From: Lama glama
Lineage: Eukaryota
Direction: 5' to 3'
Assembly: GCA_028534125.1 (NCBI GenBank)
Contig: CM052816.1
Location: forward strand, 70,868,001-70,932,000
DNA length: 64,000 nt
Position 1 is the stretch's first letter. Every line of letters starts with the position of its first letter. This document shows positions 24,763 through 38,000 of this stretch, one piece after another. The notes below the pieces were generated by a model, which was not told where the DNA came from, searched no databases, and saw only the letters and a list, made by a program, of their open reading frames with translations. A program made the position numbers and the translations under genes.

Positions 24763-27009
24763 GAGGAGTAGGTCTTCGTTCTAGGCCTGATAAATTCTAT
24801 CATGTTTGCCAACATTTTAATTGCCACAATTTACTACTCTGACCTTTCTAATCTTTCTCCTTGTAAGATATAAAATAATGTTTGAGATAGAGGTCACCAG
24901 AAGCGTTTTTGTTTGCCACTGGCTTTGAAAATGCAGCATTTCTAGGCTGAAGAGGAGACATGAATATATGATACAAAACGACAAGGATAGAGAGCCTACA
25001 GTTCTTAAGTTGTCAGAGTCCTTCAAAAGTTCTATGTGCCTCAGGTTTATAAACTAATTTTGGGGAAAAGAAGAATAGCATCTTAGAACTTACAACACAT
25101 GATGACTAAAATAATACTATGTACATGAAAGTGCCCTACATGATTTAGAAATTAAGATGTTCTTTGAATCAACCTCAGTAAAATTTAGGGAAACAGTTAG
25201 AACATGCTCACTATTAAAATATAATTTTTAATTGGTAATGTCAGGTCTCAATATTTCTGCAACAAATTAAAATATTTATGAATTCTAGCTCCTACCAACT
25301 CTTAGACAGTTGTATTGTGATTGTCTTCATACTAAGTAATGGGGTGTTGGGGAGATATTCTTGGTATTCCATAGGATAGCATGCAATACAGTTTGAGCAA
25401 AGACACCAGGCATTGAGACAAGGATAGCATAGTGAGTAGGTGAAACTTCAGAATATTTAGGCATTTGGTATCAGGAAAGTTAGGGCTGGAATAAATTTCC
25501 TGGAGGGTAAATATCAGGAGTAGAGGGGAAATTTCTTACCCTATTGTATGATAGAAAACTTTTAAACAGATAGATCCGTAAGCATTCCTGCTAACAGCAT
25601 AGGAAAGGAGTGGAATGTTGTAGTTACTTATGAGATCAAGTGGTGGATTTATATTTTTATTGTCACAACCCCACTGTAACTCAATTGGTCATACTCTGTT
25701 GTATTAAGTTTACTAATGTGACATCCATTGTTCTTACTGTGTTTAAGCCCTGGGATTTATTTTCATCCTCTGCTTTATTATCTGGTCTCCTAGGGGTTGC
25801 TGTATCCTCAAAATCAGAAATAATGATGGATCACAGTCCTCAAGGTTGAGCAGTTGTTTCCATGGGAGTATTCTCTCCCCTCAAAGCCAAAGTGTGAGTC
25901 ATGATGAGTTAAAAAAAAAAAAAAAGGAATTCTTTATAAAGACCAGGCATGCTCAATTGAATAAAATAAGGAACTCATTGAGAGTGCTAATCCTTTTATA
26001 TAAATATAATAACTTACAACTCTGCACCTAATATTGTAACAACATGCAGATAGATGTGATTTCTTTCTCCTTCCTCTTAAGCTGAAATACTCAAAACAGC
26101 TATTTTTCTACGTTCTAGTAATAAGATTGTAGGGGATTATCAAAAGAAAGCTTAAGTGTGGAGGCTTGGCCCTCAAGAGAGTACCTGGAACATTTTGTGA
26201 TTAGTAAATAGGGCCAACGTGGTAAGCGGGGGTGAAGGTGGTTCAGCTTACTAGGGTCCTGAAGTCTAAAACATGGACAGTGCAAATTCCTTGTGAATAA
26301 TTTTAGGCAGTCTATCCTTGGTAGAGGAACTGCCCATTTTTTCCTCATTGGTCTTTGGCAGACCAGTAGTAGAGGGGCCTGAATTAGACTATAATCAGCA
26401 TATGATTGGAGGGAGAAGAAGAAAGGTTGCTTTGAGCACTGCAAGCTACTACCTGAGACAGATTTTATTCTTATTTTCACTTGATGGTTCAAAGATTTCT
26501 GGGAGAGAAGAATATAAGGATTAGGCCACACTAGATGATTTTAGGCAGGTTAAATTATCAAGATAAGTAATCTGCATTTTGTTTTAGTTTTTAAAAATTT
26601 AACAAAATCTTGACTTTCTTTTTACTTAAATTTGAATATGTATAATGGGGACAATGGGTGCTTTGACCCTAGGGCTAAATAGAATGTTTTCAAACATAAG
26701 TAATGTGTATCTGTAAATAAGTGCAAACTTCTCTAAAGGATCCATTTGGAAATAAGGTGAACCTGACGAGTTTAAGAAACTATTTTTACCTTGAAAAATA
26801 AAAATTCTAGAACAATTGGCTACAAATGATACTAAAATATAGTCAAATAGGGCACATAAGATGTTCTCTCCTAGAAAACTGTATGTCCTTTAGCAGCAAA
26901 TGTGTTTTACCTCACATAGCAAAAACTCCAGAAACTTTTTGCAGTTTCTGAGGGAATTACACCATATTTTATGTAAATTTTTCCATTAAAGTACAGTTTA
27001 ATATCAATT

Positions 27010-27280
27010 TTCTTATTCAAAAACTACTTTACCATGTGCCTACTATGTATGTGGTCTCATGCAAAGGTTGGGGATTTGTTCAAAGAATAATGAAGAGAAG
27101 ATTCTGTCAGTTTAGTGGAGCAGATGGCCCAGTAAATGAATAAGCACATTACAACTTTAGGTAAAGTGCTATAATATGGACCTTGAATAGAGCTCCGAGG
27201 AGGCACAAAGAGAGGGACCTCATGTGGCCTTGGAGGAAAGACTTTTTACCCAGTAAATGATTGGAGCTAGGCCCTGGGTG
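27010..27280 (-). mobile_element. L2 3' fragment
   Basis: ttattcaaaaac...gtgcctactatgt...taaagtgctataat. Confidence 0.5.
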
Positions 27281-27559
27281 GTAGTTTACTTTTTAAAGAA
27301 GAGCCTGGAATACCGAGTGAGGGCAGACCTAATAATATCCTCCAGACTTCAGAAATGTGCAACTTTATAAACTACTGAATATAGAACATGAAGTCAGTGT
27401 TATTTAGTGTTAGATGGGGAATTCCTTGTAAGCTAGGGCTGTACTCTTTCACAGTGAATCTATGAGGGGGTAAAGGTAAGGGGGAAGGGGCCTGGGGAAG
27501 AGTGGGAAGGATTGATCCTCATAAGCCGTGCGTTTGTGTGACTCTTTAATGCTGAGGGT

Positions 27560-27790
27560 TTCCTTACAAGTTCTTATTTCATCCTTAGCGTAGTCCTATG
27601 AACTCTATGAACTAAGAAAGGCAGGTGCAGGGTATTATTTCCCCCACTTCATGGTTGAGAAAACTGAGACATAAAGAGATTAGGTAACTTGCCTAAGGTC
27701 AAACAATTGCTTCATCATAGGCTGAGACTAGGGTACAAATCTCTCAACCCCTTGGTGGGGCTCAGCTCTAGTAGACCACACTGCCTCCAG
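27560..27790 (-). mobile_element. MIR SINE
   Basis: tattatttcccccacttcatggttgagaaaactgagacataaagagattaggtaacttgcctaaggtca, the reverse MIR core. Confidence 0.75.
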
Positions 27791-27824
27791 GCGAATACAC
27801 ACACTTGGCTTTCCTTTTATTTCA

Positions 27825-27990
27825 ATACAGATTTTCTGGAAAATCTTGAGGAAAGCTATGTATTTTCTTTCTCTAAAGAAACATGCGCTTGCGCACCCAC
27901 ACCCCCACACCCACAAATTTTGCATTTTTGCCAGAAAATCATAGAACCCATTCAAATTTCACAAAAACCTATCCTGGACAACTAAGCCCC
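27825..27990. mobile_element. MER103-like hAT fragment
   Basis: gaaaatcttgaggaaagctatg...cacaaattttgcat. Confidence 0.4.
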
Positions 27991-30900
27991 ACATTCTATA
28001 ATTGTAAGTGAGGATTTAAAGGAGAAGAACATTCCTAGTTGTGTAAATGGGCTCTATGTACAAAATCATACCAGTGTCAACCCCAGCCCCTACCTTGGTG
28101 CAGGTCCCAGCGGGATAGTTCAGTTGCTGCTGTTAAGAGTCCCTTGTCACTGTATGGAAGCTCCTTGTCAAGATCAGGGACTATGTGATACACTTCATCT
28201 TGTATTCTGAGTTTCAAAAATCAGGAAGCCAGATGTTATAGAAATGGAGTTCTCTGATAAAAAGAATATCCAGTAAAAAAAAAAAAAAGAATATTTTGTT
28301 CTTAAAAATTGAAATTTATGTACTACTGCAGTAGTAAATAAACCTGAGATTGACTTCAGTGCACATCCACATTAAATTTCCAGGCTTAATAGCATCGCTG
28401 TTTTCTGGATTCTAATTTATGAGAAATCCTTTCTACATTTTAATTTTTGTCAAAAAAAGTACTCCACAGAGTTTAACAAAGTGAATATTATGGAAGCTTT
28501 TAGTGTTTTATAAGTATGCAAGTGAAGTTAACCAGCAAATTCCATTCCCTTGACTTGAGCTGTGTTGCCAGTGCTAGCACCAGGGATTCCAAAGAGCTGT
28601 GACTGGCATACCTAGAAGTGTTCAAGATGCAATTTTGACTTGTGAAAACATAAACACCATCAGCATCATTTGGGAGAAAGAGTGGCTTTCTCACCAGAGA
28701 GGAAGTTTTGTTCAGCAAAGGGAGCTCAGAAAGCTGAATCCTGAGGTCCCCGAGATCCTTGTGTTGGCTGTATTAAGATTCACATTTAGAGGAAAATGGA
28801 ATCCCAGTATTTTCACTTCCTGCGCCACTAAGAATTTCTCATGTCTCCCAGTTTTTTCCTCCATTTCCATTTCCTCTTTGAAAACTTCATGTAATGCCAA
28901 GTTGTTCCTGAATTTTCCATGAAAGGGAAAAATAACCTACATGTTTTAATTTCATGGTATTACTTTCACTGATAGACTGTGAACCTTTGAACTTCTTATT
29001 ATGTCATCAAATTGAACTCCTGAACTTTTTCTGAGAGCCTATAAACCTGAAAGTGAAAGCTGCATGAAATTGTTTTCTAAGGCCTTCCTCAGTATGTGAA
29101 CAGTGGTGGTGTGCTCTCGATTAGCGAGTAAAAGTGCAATGGCATGAAAATGTCATGTAAAATGGACGGTTCTAAAAGTGTTTTCTGGGGCTTTCAGTCA
29201 GATATCTATCTTTTCTTTAACCCCGTTTTTCTATCTATAAAACTTAGGATATACTCTATCCTTTTCTAATTTGGCTGAACACATTTGGGAATTACACAAA
29301 TTGATTCAAAATAAAATCCATAAAGGGCTTTGCACTCCTCAGAGATCTCCATGTAAATGCAATTATCTCATGGTTTGCTACAGGCACCCACCATGTGTCC
29401 AGTGTCACCAGCCTGATTGCATGCTATGGAGAATTGTATGGCATTTATAATGGCCTGTTGAAGTGAGTGTGCATTTGACATCCCTCAAATTCTTGCTTAA
29501 GTCCTGGCTCACAGAGACTCAGAGGGTCATGAACAGTTTTATTCACACTTCTTTGTATTTCCAGCTTCACAGGAAAGTGCTCCTCGCCCTGAGGTTGGCC
29601 TGTAACTTCAAAGCTAAAATAATTACGTAACTGAAAACAGCTAAACTGATACTACAATGAATAGTAATAAAATAGTCATTAATTATCCTGGGAAGATTTG
29701 GAAACAACCTTATTTAAGGAATACACACACAAACATGGGTGTCTATTTGTGCGTATATATTTAATAAATAGGAAATGAGTGACATATATACCAGTGACTG
29801 TATAAAGAAAGGATGGTGAGGAAGCAAGAGTGTACCATGGAGGACCATTATGTAATTTGCTTTCTATATTGGAGCTTAATAATTATCAAGTGATGTTCTA
29901 AATAGAATGAAGGTAAAATAAGTCTATCAGTATGATTAGATGGTAAACTCCTCACAAGCAGATGTTAATATACTTGTTTGCACTCCTGTAGTACTTGTGA
30001 GAATCTAGACATAATGATTTTGGTGGATTTCTTGAATGGAACATAATATTGAATACCCATTAGGAACAGAATAATTATTCTTCCAGAAGTAATTAAGATT
30101 TTGGCCCAGTCATACCAAACCTGATAAATATTGAATTGGAAAGCACAGACATAATCAGTTTGCTTAGAATTTACAAGTAACTATAGAAATACTTCATGAT
30201 TGGAGAGCCTGAAGATTCACTTTAAATTCAGCCACCATCTTCAGTAAATAATAAATGTGTATTGGGTGTTGACTATTTGTCAGTGTGGTTCTAAGGCTAG
30301 ATGTACAGTGGTTACCAAACAGACCAAAAACCTGCCATCACAGGGCTTACATTCTTTTCTATTCATGCTGATCTGAGAATTAATGCATGGCAAAATGTAC
30401 TGAAAGTAGTCAATATAGAGGTATGTCACACAGAGATATCATTATATGTACTGAATTGTCAATTTTATTGTTAATTTTACATCGTATAACTGAGTGGACC
30501 AGGTTATTTATTTATCATTGTATATCATAAAGATGTAAGAACAAAAATATAACCCTTTCTACTCAACTCCAGTGTGGCAATCTCAAAGCATCTGAGGTGT
30601 TCATGGAGAAATGATCAGAATACTCAAAAGAAGTAGTAAGAGTGACTTAGTACTATAGTGTGGTGGTTTTTGTTGAACAACACTTGTCCAACTCAGGGTC
30701 AACAAGTGATGTTTCTCAGTGATTGTTTTCCTTTCTTCATGTCAAAATATACCGATACCTCTGTTACTATCCTGGAACTTCACAAAATGAACAGAAAATG
30801 AAGTAAAGTGTATTATCTAATGCTAATCTTCTCTGAGTTTAATAACTTTCAAATTCAAATGGCCCACTTACTTTCTTGACTGATTTGAATTTCAAGACTA

Positions 30901-31124
30901 TCAAGCCAGTTAAGAGGACAGAGTATTACTGTCTGCCCTCAGATGTCAACCACCACATTAACCTTCCCCAGTTTAACCTGTCCTACAGCTAGAAATGATC
31001 TCACTGCTGTTATTTCAATAGATTAAATGACAAAGGTAATTACATTTTTTTCTAAGAAGAGAAAAAGATAAAATTGCAAACGATCATATCATGTTGGAGA
31101 TCACGAAGAAACCCTAGGTCTTGG

Positions 31125-31465
31125 TTAGGACTCACAGATTCAGAGGCCTACAGTGCTCAGACAGGTAGTATCAATGAGAGAATTAGGATGGAAGTAATGA
31201 GATGAACTGAGTGACACTTATCCTCAGTGTCAGGGGCACTAGGGAGAAGAGGTGATGTGGTGATCCTGCATCTTTTTGCAAACATCCCATTTCACTTCAC
31301 ATGACTATTGCCATGTAAGAAAGCCAGCCTCCTGCTGCAAAGTTTTGAAGTTTTCAAAAGTACCCAGAATTTATAGGTTTTGTGTAAAGTATCTTAGATT
31401 TAATTGTTAGGCCAAACAGAGCCCATCTTTGGCTAAAAGTAGCACTACTATTTAGTAACTCTGGC
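31125..31465. mobile_element. MER45-like hAT-Tip100 element
   Basis: Begins ctcacagattcagaggcctacagtgctcagacaggta and ends ggccaaacagagcccatct. Confidence 0.45.
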
Positions 31466-33272
31466 CTCAAAGATAATTAGCCTTGGAGAGTTTCCTCTGG
31501 CCTTTCCCTTTATCAAGTTAATAGCTAGGGAGAAATTCCTTAAGTCACCTCAGGCAATGGGCCTAGGAACTCATATGCTTCAAAGAATAATTAGAGATAG
31601 CTATGATCGGGAAGAGGGAGATTGGGAATAACGAAGGTACCACTTTACGGAGCAGATAGGTATAGACAACTAAGCAACGATTTAGGAAACAAAGGGAGAG
31701 CAAAGGGATACTAAGTTAGGGAGGTCAGATCCCGGCTGACGAGTACTCTGAAAAGGATCCAGAGAGAGAAAGAAAGATGGTGCTGTGGGAAATGCAAGAA
31801 AAAACAATTTTTCCTACTTCACAGGTTTGCCAGGGGCTATCTGTGAGCCTGTTGGTGTGAAAGTAAGAACAGAACTTTGGTCTCCAAAGAGAATCCCATG
31901 GCCCAGAGGCAAGAAAGACTGCAGTAATGACATCCAGTAATCCTAGCCAGTCATATTGAATGCCTTTAAAAGTTGCAAGTAAAGTTTAGAGGTTTTGTTT
32001 TTTTTAACTCTAGATTTTTCATTTTTAAATAATAATTTAATAACACAGTTTGTAGGCCCAGGAATGATAATACTTTCGTCATCATTAGACAAAATCATGT
32101 TGCACATAAACACTATCTATCTTCCTCCGTGTTTCTGTATTTATATGCAGCGTTTGTCAGCATGGCAGCCATGGACAATGATAAAGTGCATTTTTCTGCT
32201 TGGGTGGTTAGCCCTTTCATTTTTACAAGTGACAAAATAAAAATCTGCTGAAGAGTGAACATGCTGCTTTCACTGTGTCATCTCAGCCCTGCGGGTCATT
32301 TTATTATAAAAATGTAAAAATCCAGTCAATTTTATTTAATCAGCTGAAAAGGAAAAGTGTTTCCAGGTCATTAATCAAGTGCTCCTTCTCTGTGGGACTT
32401 GTCTCTTCAGAAACTGCTGTATGAATCATTAATAAAGCTGGAAAGATTTTTTTGCCAGCAGGTTTTTTAGAAACCTAGATGTTATCAATATAAGAGAAGT
32501 AGTAAAGTAATTTTAGGTCAACAAATAAAGCTTTTGTAGCCGTTGCCTCCAGAACAGCACCTATGTTATTAAAAGCAGCTAATTCTTTACTTTCTAAACA
32601 TTTAATTGTTGGAAATGTTGGGAAATGTTCAGCTGTTAAATTGTGTATGATTATATATTCCATAATTACATGTTTTCTTGAATGTTACCTAACCTTATAT
32701 TTACAGTAAACTTTTATTATGTGAATTGATCAAAACATAATGAGATAGTAAGAAGAGATAATTACTACTGTATCTATAATAATAATAATGATAGTAATTA
32801 AACGCAGCAAACTACATTCACATAATGTCAAGCTTGTGCTTAAACTCATAAAAGCAAATCGTGAAACAGAAGCTTGAAATTCCCTCCTGGTAGAATTTCA
32901 CTGCTTATGTTGATATTGTTCGCAGGGCTGTTTTTTTAAAAGGTGGTCTTGCTATGCAGGGAGAACTTTCTAGTATTTGGTCAGCAGTTGTCACTCATTA
33001 TAGCGATCTCTTCTGATTAAACCTATCCCTTTTTGGAATCATACTTAGAATGAAGCCAAATAAGAGAGTCAACAAATAAGGGAAAAGGGGAAAGAGGAGC
33101 CACGCTCTTAAAAGACTGTGAATCACTGTTTACAATTCTAAAGGATGTCAAGAAAAGGGAACATTAACAAATATTCAGTTGCATTAAATAATGCCATAAT
33201 TTTCAATTTATAAATTACTTTTAAATTAAAAAAACCCCAGGGACTGTAGTCTCTTATTTTTTCTCATTGTCA

Positions 33273-33608
33273 GTTATCTTAGTCCATCCTGGCTAGAGTA
33301 GGTGGCTTATAAAGAACAGAAATTTATTTCTCACAGCTTGGGTGCTGGAAAGTCCCAGATCAAGGCACTGGGAGATTTGGTGAGGTCTGAGGGGAACTCA
33401 CTTCCTAGTTCATAGGCAGCTATCATTCCACTGCGTCCTCACATGGCAGAAAGTGGTGGGGGAGCTCTCTGAATGCCTCTTCTTTGTGGGAACTAATCCC
33501 ATTCATGAGACTCCATGCTCCAAAAATCCCACTTCCTAATTCTATTGTACTGGGAATGAGGTTTCAACCTATGAACTTTGGAGGGATGCAAACATTTAGT
33601 CTATAGCA
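33273..33608 (-). mobile_element. MaLR LTR (MLT1A-like)
   Basis: tcttagtccat...ggtggcttataaagaacagaaatttatttctcacag...aacatttagtctatagca. Confidence 0.85.
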
Positions 33609-34289
33609 TCAATTGAAAATCTGCTTCTGCTTTCGTTGTCTCCACTATTAGGTGACTTATACTTTAATATCAATTTATGGTGTTAACTTTTAAGATTTGA
33701 ATTTATTTACTCATACTCAAACTCTTGGAGATTCCACACTCTGCCCCTCCCCCCCGCCAAAATCTGTTATGATGACTCATTCGTTTCACGCCTAAGATTA
33801 TGATTCAGTGTTTAATGAATAGGGTCTTTACCCATGTACCAAAAATGTGCCAAAAATATGAAACTTCTCTTTTCTGAGATCATGTCTGATGATTATTTGT
33901 ATTACATATGAATTTATTATTCAAAAAGAATCACTAGGCACACATATATATATACTTAAAACATACATACACACTTCCCTACTATTAAGTATCATTTGTG
34001 TCATTAGTTCAATAGTGCGTAACCTCAGATACACATTTGAGGAACTTTAAACTTTCAAAAAAATCTCTTAGCAAGTTTTGTAACAACAGAGCACTTTAAC
34101 AAAAAGCATGTCTTTGCTTGGCACATATTGAAAGAAACTCTTTTCTGGTAAAATTATGTTCTTGATCTGAAAACAAACAAACAAAAAGATTTATATTTAA
34201 TGAATATTTTTATGTCATTGAACAATTTGTGGGTCACCAAAACCATAGTATAGCAATCTAGTTAAAATGAAATATAAATTAATATCCAA

Positions 34290-35030
34290 AATGATCTTAT
34301 AAAACATGTAGTGCTTGATTTATGTCATAGCAGCATATGGGACATGCCCAAGCCAGTCTTGAAGAATGAAGTTTGAGGTCAGTCAAACAGTCCTGACTGA
34401 ATGAAGTTATGATTGAGCTAAGTTTTAAAGGATCCTGGGAGTTAGCTAGAAGAAGAAGTAATGGGAGAAGTAAACCCATTTCTGATATAAGAGATAGCAT
34501 ATTCAAAAGTCTAAAGCACGAAAAGTATATAGCAGAGGGCTCAAGTGGTGATCAAATGGAGTGGTCAATGAGAGAGCACTTGACTGATACGGTGGCACAC
34601 AAATGAAGGCACTGTCTTTATTGTTCCCATTTTCAATTATCTGAACCTTTCAGTGACTTAGGGTTAGGGAGGAGAGTATAAGCCCTATGAGGTCAGCTAG
34701 CTATGTTCCCTCGTGTATCTCAAACACCTGAAGCACTGTTGCCATATATCAGGTATCGGATATACAATTTTTTGAATAAGTGAAAGAAAAAAGTGTAAAA
34801 TTATTATATGGAATAGGGGGAAGAGAGTAAGAGATAAGCCTAGACTCATAAGCAGGGGCCAGAGTACACATATAATAAACACTATGGTTATGTATTTGGA
34901 TTTAATTGTGAAAATTATGAGTTCAGGTGGAACAATTTAAAATCTAAAAATGTTCTTAGATTTTCATTTTAGAAAGCTCATCTTGGTAATGATGTAGGAA
35001 ATGGAATGGAAGAGGATTTGGTAACCAGAG
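34290..35030 (-). mobile_element. L2 fragments
   Basis: tgagctaagttttaaaggat...gcatattcaaaagtctaaag...ttttcattttagaaagctca. Confidence 0.5.
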
Positions 35031-36599
35031 TATATTAGGATTGTAAATATTCCCTGCTAGATGGATGAAATCTAGGTTTCCTTAAAAACAAGCAGCTGTG
35101 CAAGTAGTGGAGCTAAACGTAATAGAAAGAAACCCAGAATCTAGGCAGAGATTGCATTTGCTTGCATGTACTCTGCTCTCTTTATTCTTGGTCTCACAGC
35201 TTTTTTTTTTAAACCTCTAGGCTAATGGGGTAGTGTTTATGTTCATGATTATATTTCTCCTTGCCTATGAACTTTACGTTATGATAAATGAGAAATTGTT
35301 TAAGGGAGGTTTCATTTGCTAAATATTTTCATAGTTGCTTGTTTACATGCCACTCATTATTGATTCAGTAAACTTAACTGAACTAATTACCCATAACAAA
35401 AGGTTGTATGAACTATTAATCATCTGCTGAACTATTTTTTCTTGTTCTCGATATATTCATTTTGCATAATTTCAAATATGGAAAATATTTCCATGTATTT
35501 ATGTAATGTAGTTTTTAACTGCGTTTGTTGCTTATAATCACATTATATACATTATCATAGACAAAACATGATCCCTTTTCTCAAATTTTATGCACTTCTT
35601 TCTAGAATCCACAAATCTGTAGTTTACCATGACATTTTGAATAGTATACATAGTCATAAATGTACTCTTTGCATTAGTTTTGCACTAGTTTTTACATAAG
35701 CAGTTTTCTAAACACTTGGATTCAGTATGGTTTAAAAGAGGATTGAACCATGATTTCATTATCTGTGAATTTGACAAAATCAACTAGCCTCCCTCAGTTC
35801 TAGTTTCTCCATTTGAAAAATAAGGTTAACCTTGAATGGCCTATCAATTTTTGATGGAATTTGGTATTAAATGGCAGGCACATGAACTAGAGGCTCGGAA
35901 GCTCAAAAGGTTCTATACAGACCTGAAATTAACATGTTTTAATCAAACATGACAACAGCCACTTTAATTAACTGAAAAAGTAAATGTAGCCCTCTGGTCA
36001 GTGTTTTTGGGAAAGTCTGTTCATTGGTGCTTAATGATAAAAGATGATATTCTGGGTACCCTGAGAAAAAGTGTCATAAATGTTTTATCTGCATTATCTA
36101 CTGTGTAACTGTGTAGAGGATTATTTGTAACATTGACATTGTAATTTATTCTTACCATGTTTTTTCATCCCTTAAATAAGCAGTTGTTAGTTAATGATAC
36201 TGGTATTAATAATACCAGTCTTTAAACATTGCTTTTCTATTTCTGAAAGGTAATGCGTAGCCACTGTTTCATTTGATACAAACAGTATTACTCAACATTT
36301 AGTATTATTAGTCTTCCTCCCTATAAACAAGCTGTTTAGAAACAGTATTAATTGTTAACTTCCCCCTGTGGTAAGGGGAGATTTAAACCCAGCTCTTTTC
36401 ATTCCCCAATCTGTATTCTTTCTGCTAATCATCTTAATCCATGAATTGAAAGAAAAATGTTAAATTTTGGATTCTCTGGTAATAGTCTGAGCCTCTGTGA
36501 AGGTGTGGCAGAAGCAGCTATTTGTTCCCTAATGTTTATTATCTTCTGTTTTATTGTCCGTAAAACTCCAGATTTTAGGCTGGGATCGTGGTCAGCTGA

Positions 36600-36890
36600 G
36601 AAAAAAAGATTCCTTTTCAAGCTTTCTTTGTTATTAGATGTGGCCAAATTCTGGTCAATGGAATATAAGCCATACAGCCTTTAAAGGAGTGGGGTGAGGG
36701 CATGGCCTCTTCCTCTCTTCTTTCCCATTAGCTGGAATGCGGGTATGCTACTTGGAGCTTAAGCAGCCTCTTTAAACCATAGGTGGCAGAGAAACAACGT
36801 AGAAGGAATCTGGGTCCCTGATAATTATGGAGTTGTCTTACTAATTTTGGACTGGTGACTTCTGGTCAGTAAGAAGAGAAACTTCTATAT
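36600..36890 (+). mobile_element. Old MaLR LTR (MLT1J-like) fragment
   Basis: tggccaaattctggtcaatggaatataagc...gctggaatgc...aaggaatctgggtccctgat. Confidence 0.6.
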
Positions 36891-37283
36891 TGTCAAAAGC
36901 AAAAGCAAAAGCAAAAATCTTTCGTTTTCTTATGTTGAACTTTATTGCTTCTTCATTTCTGTCAAGCAAAGATTTAAAGACTTACTTTATAAGATAATTA
37001 TATTTCCAAGCAGATATTCAGTATATATACTGAACATGTCAGTTATTTCCATTTGATGTTAAATACTGAGTCATTTTCTACATGTAAATATATATTCCAA
37101 GTAAGATTATTCCAAGAATAGACAGCTGAATCATACTTGAACAAAAATGACAAGTTAAATTATGAAGACCTGCCTTTTGTTTCTATTGTCAGGTCTAACA
37201 CCTGAATTTAATATGCAGCAACTGACACTGATAATAAAATAGCCAAATGAGATGTTTTTGACTTTCAAAGATTTGGCTGCTTT

Positions 37284-38000
37284 GCTGTTACAGAAAACAG
37301 TATGGAGATTTCTCAAAAGATTAAAAACAGACTTACCATATGATCCAGCAGTTCCACTCCTGGACATATATCCAGAGTGAACCTTAATTCAAAAAGATAT
37401 ATGCACCTCAATGTTCACAGCAGCACTGTTTACAATAACCAAGACATGGAAGCAACCTAAATGTCCTTCAACAGATGACTGGATAAAGAAGCTGTGGTTA
37501 TATTTATACAATGGAATACTACTCAGTCATTAAAAATAATAATGCTATTTGCAGCCACACAGATGAACCTGGAGATTGTCATTCTAAGTGAAGTAAGCCA
37601 GAAAGAGAAAGAAAAATACTGGATGATATCACTCATATGTTGAATCTTAAAAAAAAAAAGAGATAAAAGAACTTATTTACAAAACAGAAACAGACTCCCA
37701 GACATAGAAAATAAATTTATGGTTACCAGTGGGGGAAGGGAGAGGAAAGGGCTAAATTGGGAGTTCAAGATTTGCAGAGACTATTGTATTTAAAATAGAT
37801 AAACAACAAGTTCATACTGTATAATGCAGGGAACTATATTCAATATCTTGTAACTTATGGTGAAAAAGAATATGAAAACAATTATATGTATGTTCATCTA
37901 AGACTGAAGCATTATGCTGTACACCAGAAATTGACACAACAATGTAAACTGACTACACTTCAATTAAAAAAATATATATGTATACACACACAAAGAAACG
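37284..38000 (+). mobile_element. Relatively young camelid-type L1 3' end with TSD
   Basis: Well-preserved ORF2 end and 3' UTR (gacttaccatatgatccagca...aattgacacaacaatgtaaactgactacacttcaatt). The flanking repeat tttggctgcttt lies at 37272-37283 and 38006-38017. Confidence 0.92.

Noticed and set aside
26115..26531. Longest ORF (138 aa) as a CDS
   Set aside because: It has a non-ATG start, no recognisable domain and no exon context; this length is plausible by chance.
37155..37367. ORF MSRSGTAGSYGKSVFNLLRNLHTVF
   Set aside because: It is an antisense reading of L1 ORF2 3' sequence, a common spurious prediction.
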